This document shows, piece by piece, positions 1 through 17,802 of a stretch of 64,000 bases of DNA. Each line of letters begins with the position of its first letter. Within the stretch, counting starts at the first letter, position 1. The DNA is from the human T2T-CHM13v2.0 reference genome, Homo sapiens: NCBI RefSeq assembly GCF_009914755.1, contig NC_060934.1. One strand, written 5' to 3'. Below the pieces are notes generated by a model. That model had not been told where the DNA came from and made no database searches. It saw only the letters and a program-made list of their open reading frames with translations. The position numbers and the translations under genes are program-made.

Positions 1-149
1 CTATAGTCCCAGCTACACAGGACACTGAATCGGGAGGACCACTTGAGACCAGGAGTTCAAGACTACAGTGAGCTATGATCACACTCCTGTACTCCAGACT
101 GGGCGACAGATGGAGACCCTGTCTCAAAAACAACAACAACAAAAAATAC
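1..149 (+). mobile_element. AluJ-type right arm, cut by window edge
   Basis: gtcccagcta...gcagtgagctatgatc-like...gtctc plus A-rich (CAA)n tail. Confidence 0.9.
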
Positions 150-334
150 AAAATGATGTGACTGTAAGCTGCACAATGACAAAGACAAAGACAAAATATT
201 AAAACAGAGAAATAAGGTGACAAAAAAGAATGACAGGTAAACTGATAGTGTATTTATCATTTGCAACATTAGATGCCAGATGACAATGGGAATGCCGTTA
301 TTAACTTAGCATTCTATTACTGTATTTATTTATA

Positions 335-621
335 TTTTTGAGTCAGAATCTCACTCTGTCACCCAGGGTGGAGTGCAGTAGCATAGTCATGGCTCATCAC
401 AGTCTCAGACTCTTGGGCTCAAGTGATACTCCTGCCTCAGCCTCGTAAGCAACTGGGACTACAAGCGCATGCCACCACTCCTGGCTAATTAAAAAAAGTG
501 TTTTTGTACAGACAGAGTCTCATTGCTACCCAGGCTTGTCCCAAACTCCTGGCCTCAAGCCATCTTTCTGCCTTGGCTTCTGGAAGCGCTGGGATTACAG
601 GTGTGAGCCACCTACCTGGCC
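335..621 (-). mobile_element. AluJ
   Basis: Full antisense Alu dimer, highly diverged. Confidence 0.92.
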
Positions 622-629
622 AGTTCTAG

Positions 630-1105
630 ACTAAACCATACCATATCACTTTCAGCAAATTGGCGCAGATTTAAAAAGTTTAACAATACAAACTGGTGGT
701 CGTGATATAGGGAAATCAGAACCCTCAGCCACTGCTGGAGTATACATTGGTGATTACATTATAGGGTGATAACATTGGTGCCACTTCTTAGCACAGTTTG
801 GCAATATCTAGCAAAGCTCAAGGTTTGTATTACCTATGACCTAGCAATTCCAGTTTTCTGGGAATGCTTTTACATCCATCCACAAAAGTGTATACAAAGG
901 TGTACACTGCGGGCTTACATAATGGCAAAAAATTAGAAGCAACCTAAGCGGTCAGTAGTAGGAGACAGGACCACTGAATTCAATACTTCACAGCAGCTAA
1001 AATGAATGAACTTCATCATATGCTTTCAAGTGAATACAGCATGGCTATTTTATTTTGAATTTTAAAAATATTGCAGAAAGATATATATTTATGTAAATTT
1101 AAAAT
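630..1105 (+). mobile_element. Ancient L1M (L1ME/MC-like) 3' fragment
   Basis: Degenerate L1 ORF2-end/3'UTR motifs (ttggcaatatctagcaaagct, tatgacctagcaattcca). Confidence 0.7.
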
Positions 1106-1112
1106 TTTATGT

Positions 1113-1608
1113 TGTAGGGGATCAGAACATGCCAGCTGAAAATATGCCATTGTGGCATAAGAATTATTTTGAGCCAAAGGTAGCTAAGAGGGCAGTAGAC
1201 ATAAGAAAATAAAGCTCTGTGCCCTCTCCTATCTGACTTAAAGCAGAACATAAATTCCCATTTGTTAAGGTGTCTCCCTCTCCCTTATCAGAAAGAGAAC
1301 CACTCTTAATCCCCAGAAGTCTTAGTCACCAGAGATGACTCTAGACTCCAAGTATCAGCTCAGACAGGAATCTGTATGACAAACCTTATAAAACAATCCT
1401 CATCCTTCATTAATTTCCCCTATATACTTACCTTCTTGTAGTTTGCCACCCCTAAGAACCTAAACCCTTTTTCCTTTAGTCTTTTCACTTCTCTACAAAT
1501 TTATTGTTTTTTGTTAAGATGCTCTATGTCAGTTTACTTTTCTGGGCCCCAGATGCCAAAACTAAGAGGGTAGAGAAAAAAGGTTTCTTTCCCCTCGTCC
1601 CCCGCACA
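1113..1608 (+). mobile_element. MER34-family ERV1 solo LTR
   Basis: Begins tgtaggggatcagaacatgcc...aaaatatgcc as in MER34/MER39-type LTRs and ends ...cccgcaca (TG...CA). Confidence 0.75.
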
Positions 1609-1635
1609 ATGTAAATCTTAAAAATGCACATAATA

Positions 1636-1924
1636 GGCCAAGCGTCATGGTTCACACCTGTAATCCCAATATTTGGGGAGGTCAAAGCATGAGGATCACA
1701 CAAGGCCAGGAGTTCGAGATCAGCCTAGGCAACATAGTGAGACCCAGTCTCTACAAAAAATTTAAAAATTAGCCAGGCATGGTAGTGAGTGCCTCTAGTC
1801 CCTCGGGAGGGACTGAAGCAGGAGGATCCCTTGAGCCCAGGAGCTCAAGGCTGCAGTGAAGATGATATCACTGTACTCCAGCCTGGGTGACAGAGATCCT
1901 GTCTCCAAAAAAACAACAAAAAAA
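1636..1924 (+). mobile_element. AluJ
   Basis: Alu dimer with J-type ggaggatc...ttgagcccaggag. Confidence 0.92.
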
Positions 1925-2651
1925 TCAACCTACATATTAATTACAGAAACACATATATGTAAAAAAAGTATAAAAACAGGGTGGGAAATTTATCATTTTA
2001 ATAAGAATAGTTGTGCCCTTTAGAGAGCGACAGGGGTAAATGTGATAATAAAGGTTGTTGTATCTGTAGCATTTTATTTTCTAAAAGCCAAAAGATCTAA
2101 ATACATACGCAAAAAAAGTTAACCTTTAAAAAAATCTCAGTGGCAGGTATATGTTGAGATATGATTCTCTGTATTTTTTATGTTGGGAATAATACATAAA
2201 AATGAAGATAAATAAGAATACTTAATGCATTTTCCTATATGTTTGGCACAGATTTTCTTAAAACATAACTCTTCAATTAGGTTTATTAATTGTGTAACTG
2301 TAATCCTCTATATTTTTCACTTATTTTTAAATTTATTTACTTCCAAGTTGTTTTATCCTATGTCCTTTCATAGTAAAACAGTTTTTACTTAACATGTTTT
2401 GAAACTACATCATTAAGTGTATAAAGGTATATGACTTTTGTACCTTTCTGGTAAGATGTACGTTTTACCAGTATAAAATATCTTTATTTTTGAAATGTTT
2501 ACCTTTTCGATTTATTTTCTGTTTTAATATTGCTTTTTGGGTAGCATGTTGTTGTCCCTTTATTTTCAAATTACCTGTATTTTTTTTTTGTAACTCTTGC
2601 AAACAGCAACACTGGATTTGTTTTATGTTTGCCATTCAAATGTACTTTAGT

Positions 2652-2980
2652 TGTATTCATTAGTTATATATTGCTGCATAAGAAATTGTTCCAAACCCCA
2701 GTGGCTTAAAACAGCTACCATATTATTGTGTAATATTTCAGTGAGTCAGCTCTTTGGGCTGGGCCCAGCTGGAGGTTTCTTCCACTGGTCTTGCTGGGAC
2801 CACTCATTCAGCTGCAGTCACATGGGAGCTCGACTGGAACCTCACTCATGTGTCTGGCTGTTGGAGCTGACTCTTAGCTGGGCTTGTCTCTCCACATGGT
2901 CTCTCATCTTAAAGGAGGCTATCCTGGGCCTCTTCACCTACATAAATGCTCTAAGAGGGTGATAAGAATATCTGCAAAGT
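2652..2980 (-). mobile_element. MLT1 (J/K-like) MaLR LTR, truncated by Alu
   Basis: ttgctgcataa...cagtggcttaaaaca...gggtcagc-like MLT1 motifs. Confidence 0.75.
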
Positions 2981-3280
2981 GGCCAGGTGTGGTGGCTCAC
3001 AGCTGTAACCCCAGCACTTTGGGAGAGTGAGGCTGGTGCATCACTTGAGGTCAGGAGTTGGAGACCAGCCTGGCCAACATGGCAAAACCCCATCTCTACT
3101 AAAACTACAAAAATTAGCCAGGTGTGGTGGCACGCGCCTGTAATCCCAGCTACTCGGGAGGCTTAGGCTGGAATAGCTTGAACCCGGGAGGTGGAGGTTG
3201 CAGTGAGCCGAGATTGCACCACTGCACTCCAACCTGGGTGACAGAGTGAGACTCTGTCTCAAAAAAAAAAAAAAAAAAAA
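2981..3280 (+). mobile_element. AluS (Sx-like)
   Basis: Full dimer with A20 tail; no TSD visible. Confidence 0.95.
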
Positions 3281-3289
3281 GACAATGTT

Positions 3290-3680
<391 letters not shown>

Positions 3681-4713
3681 CTATTCCTAATGCAGTTCCC
3701 TATTAATCACCCTCATGGCTGACTCAGGACACGCAGGCATTTGCTCTTTGTTTTCATTTCCTCTGAGTTCCATGCACTTCTGGAATCACTCCCACGTAAT
3801 ACAATGTGACCTCTCACCCTAAATCTGACTCCTTATCCAGTGGCTACTATGTTGCACCTTTTTTGTTAATATAGTACCCTATGTGGAAAAAAAATTAATC
3901 CATCTTCAAAGTTTATATTCACCCAGTGCTGTTTGCCTACACTTTTACATTGCTATGTTGAATGTTTTAGGATTGCAAAGGTGGACAATTTTCTTCAACT
4001 CAGAGTGTGTAACATCATGAAACCTGCTTTCCCAGTTAAGTTAATGATTCTGCATAAATATTAGTTGATTGTTTAACTAAATTACAGAGATAGCCAGGAA
4101 TTTCGCATTGTTACTTAACAGTTGTATGGCCCTCAGTGGTCAATAGAGGATGAGAGTTCAATATGCAAAAGCATTCAAAGTAGAATGTATGATTGCTACA
4201 GATAGATAACCTACAATTAAATTCTTGCTAGTTTACATTTTTCACTTTCTTGATAATGCTTATTTTGTTTAAAATAACTGAAAATCAGTAACATTTAGGT
4301 TTTCACATGTCTCTCAGAATCTCCAAGCTCCATAAAAAGATAAATGGAATATATAGATTCTAAAATACTCAAAATATCAGTAAGGATAAACCTCCATATT
4401 TCCGTTGTAATTTTAGAACAATGAAAACTAAAGTTTCGTCACTGTAGATGTAGTAACATCTTCCCTCAACTAAGGGAGCATTCTCTTTGACCCTTTCACA
4501 GTGCAACTGGCTATGGCCTAGATGATCTAGAATTTTTAGTTACGATAGCAATCAACATACAAAAATCCAAATCAGCTTTTAATAATCTGATAGAACCACA
4601 GGATTTCAGGTCATCTGGAACAGTTACAGAACAGTAATTAGAACATAGCTGGTACTTAAGATATTTAGAATGTTTTGCCCCCAATTTTTATTATATTAAA
4701 AATAAGACCCTTA

Positions 4714-5099
<386 letters not shown>

Positions 5100-5193
5100 T
5101 TAGATAAGAAAGTTAATCTTTTTTTCCCATTTAGCCTCATTTATCAAACATTAATAATATATCTCTGAAGGGTTTTTTTCTGTTATCTCTCCC

Positions 5194-5673
5194 TGTATCA
5201 GTTAGCTTTTGCTGTGTAACAAACCACCGTACAACTTAGTGGCTTCAAAAAGCAGTCATTTCTTTTGCTCTTGAGTTATTCTGATCTTGGCTTGGCTCAC
5301 TTACAGGTCTGTGGTCAACTTCCAGCTACAATGGGAGCTAGCTGGGGCTCAGCTGGGATAGCTCATGTTTCAGTTGGGACCACATCACCTAGTTTCTCAT
5401 TTTCTGGTAGACTATGCCTGACATTTCCACATGGTGGTGGAAGAGTCCCCAGGAGCTGCAGGAGAGCAGGTTCTAACGTACAAGTGCCTTCCAAGTCTCT
5501 ACTTGTGTCATGTTGGCTAATGTCCTATTGGCCAAAGCCAGTCATATGGTCAAGTTCAGATTAAGAGTGGAGAAGCAGACTCTACCTCCCAATGGGGGAA
5601 GCTGTGAAGTCACTTCACAAGGCTGTAGATGCAGGGAGGGGACACATTTGTTTCTATTTTTACAATCCATTCA
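5194..5673 (-). mobile_element. MLT1 (H/I/J-like) MaLR LTR
   Basis: tgtatcagttagcttttgctgtgtaacaaaccacc...attggccaaagccagtcatatggtcaag. Confidence 0.8.
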
Positions 5674-5693
5674 TGTCGTAAAAGACTAACATT

Positions 5694-5988
<295 letters not shown>

Positions 5989-6359
5989 GACTAACATTAC
6001 ATTGATATGGAGTATTACCTGCCATAACCCCAAGCTCTCATTAACATTTTTGTTGCTAAATTATGTTATCAGAATCTCTGGTTGAATATAAATATTGAAT
6101 TTCCTCCAAAGAGACTTTGTGAAATACAAATAGTATATAATCTTTTTCTGATGTGCTTCAGTAAAACAAATAAACAACTCAATCAGTATCTCAAAGTGAC
6201 ATACAAAGATTGTTAATATTACAAAAAGCTTTCTTTGTTTAGAAATTGATTCTTCTTAGGAATGGATTATCCTATTAGATTAAAATAACACTAAATTTAA
6301 TAAATTTCATTTACATGTTACTGTAAATACACTCATGTATTTACTCGTAGGGGAGAGCA

Positions 6360-6520
6360 TGAGGTTGTAGAGTTGGGGTCTTGTCTTAGTTTTGTCTCTA
6401 AACCTTTGTAATTTTAGGTAAATTATTTAATCTGCAGAAGGCTCATTTGTTCATCTGTGCATAGACGGTCTGGAGAAAAACATCTCTAAGTTTCATTCAG
6501 CAGTAAATTTACAGATTCTC
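6360..6520 (+). mobile_element. MIR/MIR3 fragment
   Basis: Degenerate MIR core (ggtaaattatttaatctg...ttcatctgt). Confidence 0.55.
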
Positions 6521-6808
6521 TTTTAAGGAATACACCTATGGTAAAAAAAAAAAAGGGTATATATCAAAATAGAACTATCAAACCTTTAGCTAGAGTCTCA
6601 ATTAATAAAAATTATAGAAAAAAATTACCTATATCTACCTGGTTATAGGCAGAAGTCAGACTAGTTCACTGCATTTCCTATTTTGTTACAGTTCATTTCT
6701 AATTAAAAATATAATAAAATGAAATGACGGATCTGAAATCCTTTTAATAAAATAGTTGTTTAAAAGACTAAGAAGAGAGAAACTGGCAAACAATTGTGCT
6801 CATGATTA

Positions 6809-7215
<407 letters not shown>

Positions 7216-7799
7216 TTAATTTTTCCTCCCTTTTGAATGCTTTTATGTATAATTCTCTGAAAGACAGAAGCCAGAGGTAATTCTAAACATGTTTTAGTTG
7301 ATCAGCTCAATAATCAACATTTATTTAGCAAATGAATGAATTTGTTCCAGGTTTGGCAGCAACATTTTCAGTTGGTAATAGGGATCTTGCATGTCCCATT
7401 TGCTTAATTAGCTATTCTAGCCTTTAAAAAAATTGGGGTTAACGTTTCATTTTAGTTAAGTAGAATACGGGAATAAATTAGACTTAACCTATACTGGTAT
7501 TCTTTACTGATATGAGTGGCAATAAAAATTACCAAAATAACCAATTCCACATATGCATAGAAATGAGAGGCCAAATAGCATTGTGGGAAGAGGACAAGAA
7601 TCTGAATGGGGCTTAAAAATCATTCAAAGTAGAAATTCAAATACAAAATGGACACTGTGTCTGGATTTTTAGCCTTATAAATTGCCTTCCTGAAACTTAT
7701 GCCATATTAACTTTAAGAATTTTAAGACATACACACATCATTACAAATAATCCTTTGAGGAAAAGTAATTCATAACACTCACAGCATATGTCATTTTGA

Positions 7800-8625
7800 A
7801 TTGAGTGTTTCTTGTGTCTTATCTTTTGACCTGTTAGCTATGTTTGGTGTTGGGGGTTACTTCCTCCTTCTTGAAACTCTTCCCTCCTCTAATTCTAAGA
7901 CTGGCTCTTTCTTACTTCTGCTTTCATTCCTCTGGGTAGTCCTCACTGCCCCTTGCCCTACTTGTTCCTCTTGCCTCTTAAATGTGATTCTCTTTCAGCT
8001 TCCATCTTTAGCCTTCTCTTCTTACTCTGCCCACTCTCATCTACTTCTATGGTTGAGATTGCTCTTAAGCATATACTCGGTGAACTCCCAACTCTACATG
8101 TTTCATAGGGTTTAGATCTGTGTCCCCACCCAAATCTCATGTTGAATTGTAATCCCTAATGTTGGAAGTAGGACCTGGTGAAAAGTGATTGGATCATGGG
8201 GTCAGAGTTCTCATGAATGGTTTGGCACTATCCCCCCTTGGTACTGTATAGTCAGTGAGTTCTCATGACATCTAGTTGTGTAGTGTGTAGCAGCTCCCAC
8301 CACCCAGCTTTCTCCTGCTCCAGCCACAAGACATGCCAACTACCCCTTTGCCTTCTCCCATGATTGGAAGTTTCCTGAAGCCTCCCCAGAAGCCAAGCAG
8401 ATGCCACCATGCTTCCTATACAGCCTGAGGAACTGTGAACTAATTAAGTCTCTTTTTTTTATACATTACCCAGTCTCAGGTATTTCTTTATAGCAATGTG
8501 AGAACTAAGACCTCCTTGTCAAATCTCCAGCTCTTTTCCAAGTGTTAGATTCATGAATGTTCCTCAAACTCAACAAATCTACAATGAAACGCATTATTTT
8601 TTTCTAATAACCTGATGATTTTTTT
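7800..8625 (+). mobile_element. L2 fragment, interrupted by MSTA
   Basis: ttcctccttcttgaaactct...ctcaaactcaacaaatct L2 motifs on both sides of the LTR. Confidence 0.65.
8103..8511 (+). mobile_element. MSTA MaLR LTR
   Basis: tgtgtccccacccaaatctcatgttgaattgtaatcc...cagtctcaggtatttctttatagcaatg. Confidence 0.9.
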
Positions 8626-8924
8626 TTTAATTTTGCTTTCATGGGTCTCAATTCCTGAGAAGACCCCACACGAGTCTCTGTATTTTAAGTCCTAAAGCTA
8701 CTTTCCAGCCCCCAGTGGCCAACCCATGCAGTTTTTTCCTTGCCACAGGTCCCAAAGAGGCAATGATCATCACTTTATCCCTTGGGGTTTCTGCTGTGCA
8801 CAGGACTCAATATCCTCTCGCTGCCTCATCCCAAAAAGCAAAAGGTCTTCTTTTTTTACTTTCTTAATTAAAGCATTGTATCAGGGAACAGAAAGTATAT
8901 TCTCAAAATAACACAATGGGAAGT

Positions 8925-9225
8925 GAAATCATTCTTTAACAAATATTCGTGGATTACTACTTACTCTGTGCCAGGTGCTGGAAAAGGGGACATTGGCCTT
9001 TAGTTGACCTCTAAGTCTTGGGGGAAGAGGTGTATGGAAGGGAGGATTTGAGCTTAAGCAAATAATCACAGAAACACACATGACATTCCAACTGCACCAA
9101 GGGCCATGAAGAAGTGGTTCACAGAGTGAGTCCATAATGGGCATAATGGGGCAATGTAGTCTAGGCAAGTAGCTTGTGAGAGGCTTCTCTGAGGTATCTT
9201 ATCCTGAGCCAATATCTGAAAGATA
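8925..9225 (-). mobile_element. L2 3' fragment
   Basis: aacaaatatt...ttactctgtgccaggtgctg. Confidence 0.55.
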
Positions 9226-9226
9226 A

Positions 9227-9432
9227 TGTGGTAGATTGATTGTGAAACTTGTCCTGACTCTTTCCGTCCTTTTACAAGGTGACTCTGTGACTCTTGCCAT
9301 CAGGAGAATCTTTTTCATGATCTTTTACATTTGGGCTGACTTTGTGACTTACTTTAGCCAATAGAATGCAGGAGAAGTGATATTCAGTCTGTCAGTTCTG
9401 AATGTAGACCTTAAGAGGCTTAGTGTGTGGCC
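9227..9432 (+). mobile_element. MLT1 LTR 5' half, truncated by L1PA
   Basis: tgtggtagattgatt...gtgacttactttagccaatagaatg...gaccttaagagg. Confidence 0.75.
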
Positions 9433-9434
9433 AT

Positions 9435-9955
9435 GGAATGGAACCAAGCTGGAAAACACTCTGCAGGATATTATCCAGGAGAACTTCCCCAATCTAGCAA
9501 GGCAGGCCAACATTCAAATTCAGGAAATACAGAGAACGCCACAAAGATACTCCTCGAGAAGAGCAACTCCAAGACACATAATTGTCAGATTCACCAAAGT
9601 TGAAATGAATGAAAAAATGTTAAGGGCAGCCAGAGAGAAAGGTTGGGTTACCCACAAAGGGAAGCCCATCAGACTAACAACTGATCTCTCGGCAGAAACT
9701 CTACAAGCCAGAAGAGAGTGGGGGCCGATATTCAACATTCTTAAAGAAAAGAATTTTCAACCTATAATTTCATATTCAGCCAAACTAAGCTTCATAAGTG
9801 AAAGAGAAATAAAATACTTTACAGACAAGCAAATGCTTGACAAAATGAGAGATTTTGTCACCACCAGGCCTGCCCTAAAGGAGCTCCTGAAGGAAGCACT
9901 AAACATGGAAAGGAACAACTGGTACCAGCCACTGCAAAAACATGCCAAATTGTAA
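9435..9955 (+). pseudogene. L1 ORF1p remnant (RRM/CTD part)
   Basis: NGTKLENTLQDIIQENFPNLARQANIQIQEIQRTPQRY...QKHAKL*; lacks N-terminus and promoter. Confidence 0.95.
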
Positions 9956-10018
9956 AGGCCATCGAGGCTAGGAAGAAACTGCATCAACTAACGAGCAAAA
10001 TAACCAGCTAACATCATA

Positions 10019-13843
<3,825 letters not shown>

Positions 13844-14084
13844 GCAATGAGAACACATGGATACAGGAAGGGGAACATCACACACCGGGGACTGTTGTGG
13901 GGTGGGGGAAGGGGGGAGGGATAGCATTTGGAGATATACCTAATGTTAAATGACGAGTTACTGGGTGCAGCGCACCAACATGGCACATGTATACATATGT
14001 AACTAACCTGCACATTGTGAACATGTACTGTAAAACGTAAAGTATAATTAAAAAAAACAAAAAACAAACAAACAAACAAAAATC

Positions 14085-15560
14085 TTCTTTAAGCATGACC
14101 TGATAAAAGTCTAAACACCCTGTCAAAATATTTTTAAAGGCAATTGTTGTTTTGGTAATATAAGCATTCTAGCAAAACCAAGAGCATTCTCGTAGAGAAA
14201 TAACAAAGCAGAATTTGCTGTGCTTCTATCTTCAATTTTATGATGAAGCTAAAATAATTTAAACGGTGTGGTATTTATTGGTCCTTTACTAAGAGAGCGA
14301 AACTGAACAGAGTAAGATTGCATAAAAGTCCAAGGAATATGAACTTCCCATTGAGCATGAAAGGATAATTAAAAGAAAATCATTGTGTTATGGATATTGA
14401 TTAGCTCTTTAAGAAACAAAAGGATTCTCAGCCTTGCACTAGATGCCAAATTGCTTCCAAGTAGATTAAGGAGCTAAATGTAAAAAGAGATTAGCAAAAA
14501 TGAAAATTTTATCAAATGTGAAAGGCCTTTTCATGCATGACACAACAGGTAAAATTCTTTTTAAAATTTTATTTTTTAATTGACTAATAATAATTGTCCA
14601 TATGTATGGAATACATAGCGAAATTTCACTACATCTAATGTGTAGTGATCACATCAGGGTAATTTGCATAACCATCATCCAAACATTTATCATTTCTTTA
14701 CATTAGGACCATTTAATGTCCTTCTAGCTATATTGAAACTGCAATATGTTATTGTTAACTACAGTAACCCTAAAGTGCTGTAGACCACAAGAACTGATTC
14801 CTTCTGTCTAGCTGCAATTTTGTATCCATTAACAAATCTCTTTTATCCCTCCCTTCAAAAGTCTTAAAAGGATAGATTTGAATAATGAACATAAAAACAT
14901 AATGCACACCAAAATATCCCAGAAACAAAAATTAAAGGATAAAAAAAAGGAAAAAAATTGCAATATATGTTTCATGTAAGAGCTTTTACAAAGTAATAAG
15001 AAAGATATTTCACCAAATAATTTTTTAAAATACACATTATAAAATAAATATTTATAAATATTTAAAATATATTTTAATAGATACAAAAAATGTTAACAAT
15101 GGTTGGTCACATAGTGAGATTATGGAGGCTTTAATTTTCTTCTGTTTACGTTTCTAAAGCACCCTTCAATAAATATTTAATAGATAATAGGAAGAAATAG
15201 GTACTAACAAAATACTGGTGTGAGCATCAGTTGGCATATCATATGAAGGGAAATTTAGCAAAATTTATCAGAATTCTTATTATTTCACATACCACTTGAA
15301 TGAGTAATTTCCCTTTTAGCAGTTTATTCAAGGAAATAATCAGGGATATGTAGAAAGATATAGCTGCAAAAATGTTCTTGACATCTCTGTTCGAAACAGA
15401 AAGAAATGGAGACAAAAACCATCTCACATAAAGGCTAGGTTGAATAAATAATAGGATGTGTGTCCTCAATGGAATATTAGAAACCTCTTAAAATGTCATT
15501 TTGAAGACATGGAAATATTTGTGGCATATTCTTGAAGGAAAAAGACATGAAACAAATAAA
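14085..15560 (+). mobile_element. Very old L1M ORF2/3' fragments
   Basis: Degenerate L1 motifs (gaagctaaaataatttaaacggtgtggtatt; tagattaaggagctaaatgtaaa). Confidence 0.55.
14560..14856 (-). mobile_element. L1MA 3' end
   Basis: tttttaattgactaataataattgt...tagctgcaattttgtatccattaacaaatctc. Confidence 0.8.
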
Positions 15561-15891
15561 GTTTAGATAACACTTTTGTAAGTTCTATAGCTGATAATTT
15601 TTCTCTATACATTGATATACAGTATATTAAAAAGAAAAGCTGTAACCAAAAATACCATGTCACGCATGAAAAGGCCTTTCACATTTTAGGTTCGTAGTGA
15701 GAGTCACACACATAACATAAATATAGGTTTTTTGAAATAAGACAGAAAACGTTTTTTAAAAGGCAATCATTTTAACTAACAATCATATTCAGTGTGTTCA
15801 TCATTGGGCTTGTATTAATTATTTTAAAAGTACAAATATGAAAAAGACTTCTGTCCCATGGCATGGAAAACATGAAAGCTTGGAGCCTTCC

Positions 15892-15955
15892 AATATAATA
15901 TAATATAATATAATATAATATAATATAATATAATATAATATAATATAATATAATA
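15892..15955. repeat. (TAATA)12 pentanucleotide microsatellite
   Basis: Perfect uninterrupted array. Confidence 0.98.
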
Positions 15956-16149
15956 ATGTTTAGTCTTTATCCATATCCATGTCCCCTTAAAGTGAAGCCA
16001 ATGAGAGATTTCATTATGTAAATTATTTTTGAGCTCTGAGAAAGATCTGCCTTATATTAAATACTGTGATTCGTCATTCTATAGCAAGGTTTGAATACTG
16101 TCGCTGAATGACTTCAATCTTCATAACAAATATGATCATATTTGTCTAG

Positions 16150-16330
16150 AACTGTAGAGCTTACATAGCTCTTTTATATGCATTATGTTATTTTAATGCT
16201 CACTACAGCCCTGAGAGATGAGTAAGATATTTTTACATATGAGGAAACTGAAGTTTCAAGATGTAAGTGAACTTGTTCAAGGCCATGTAGTTAATAAGTG
16301 GAGGAACTGGGCTTAATCCGGGGGCTCCTA
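16150..16330 (-). mobile_element. MIR
   Basis: tttacatatgaggaaactgaagtttcaag...acttgttcaaggccatgtag. Confidence 0.75.
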
Positions 16331-16639
16331 ATGGGAGACAATGAAGAGGGAACAAATTCCATACTGTTTTCACCAAATCGCTTTGCTAATGTTTAAAAAT
16401 GTTAACTTATTAGGTAAAAGTTCAAACTCAATTATTACATTGTCCCATTTCTATTCTAGAATCCTACCTGTCTGAAGAGCTTATAAAAGGCATCTCAGTT
16501 ATTCTGTCATATGACACTTCACCCAGAAGAACAGTCTTAATGCACAAAAACCATAAAATCCTCCCAGATTATAAAGAGCAGACTAGGGTAGATTGGAGCT
16601 CTTGGGTCATTATATTATGGCCACTCTAGTAAGGTCCAC

Positions 16640-16835
16640 AGCCACCCTTACTGCTGTATGCTAGGTGCATCACATAAATAACACACCAACAACTTATGAG
16701 ACAGGCTATATTATTTTCATTACACAGATGAGAAAATGGAGGCTCAGAAATGTACCCTTGGCCACACACCTAATGATTGGCAAAAGTAGGATTGGAATTC
16801 AGCGATATCTGACTCCAGACTCTTTCTACTACCCA
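16640..16835 (-). mobile_element. MIR
   Basis: acagatgagaaaatggaggctcagaaa. Confidence 0.7.
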
Positions 16836-17653
16836 ACCCTTCTTCCCTTGATTCAACCTGTGGTTGAATTGTACAGAGAAAACATACATCTTCCTGGTAC
16901 TGACAGACGGAGTTTCAGAGCACATGACTGTTGGAGAGAAGACGGCATATTCACTGAATGGTGATCTGGCCCAATGGCAGGGGGAAGGTCACATCACTGG
17001 AGAAGTACAGCTTTTCCTAGGCAAAGGGAAGCACTGGGATGTTTCTATTTCCCTTTCCCATTTTGTTGATTTTTGCCTACTATTAATAATTTCCTAAATC
17101 TCCTTAAGGTAGCTTCCAACAGTGAGGAAGATGCCCGGAAAAAAAAACGACTGTTAAGGAAAGATTATATAGTCTTCTTTCAAGTCTTTGATGGGGTCTC
17201 TACCACCAAAACAGTTTCCTGTCTAGGGAGCTTTTGCTGAGCCAGTAAAGGAAGACCCTTTAATAGTTTAGATTAGGATGATTCTAGATATTTGGAAGAA
17301 TATGTGTTTGGTATTTTGGTTATTGTTGCCATGGCGTATAATAGAAATAACCTTTGTTAACCCAGATCTCAAATTCAGCCATGAGAGAGAGTAACTGCAT
17401 ATTTTATTTCTTTTGGAAGTTATTTACATAATAGTTTAAAAGTTTTGGTGTTAACAGAACTGCATGGTACAGGACAAAAGCTGTAACTTTCAGTTTCAGC
17501 CCAAGGTTAACCATATTTGCTGTTTTTGATCTTCTGTGACCAGTAGTATAAAAATGCTAATATTCCAATGCAAAGGATTACAAAATGATCTTCTCAATTA
17601 TCATGAGTGAGTAAGTTGGATGATAAAGTATACGGATTTAGAAAAAATCCAAC

Positions 17654-17802
17654 TATGTGTGCATGTGTACCTATGTACACACATAGACATATGTATGTAT
17701 ACATGCATATACACATGCATATATACATAAATTCATATACACTTAGGTAATTTCCATATTTATGTGTGTATGTATGTGCATGTATATGTGTATATATATA
17801 TA
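17654..17802. repeat. Degenerate (TA/CA/TG)n purine-pyrimidine tract
   Basis: Visible alternating low-complexity sequence. Confidence 0.85.

Noticed and set aside
8706-8722. CTCF-like motif ccagcccccagtggcca (also ~18750-18768)
   Set aside because: Several mismatches in the core positions; not supportable from sequence alone.
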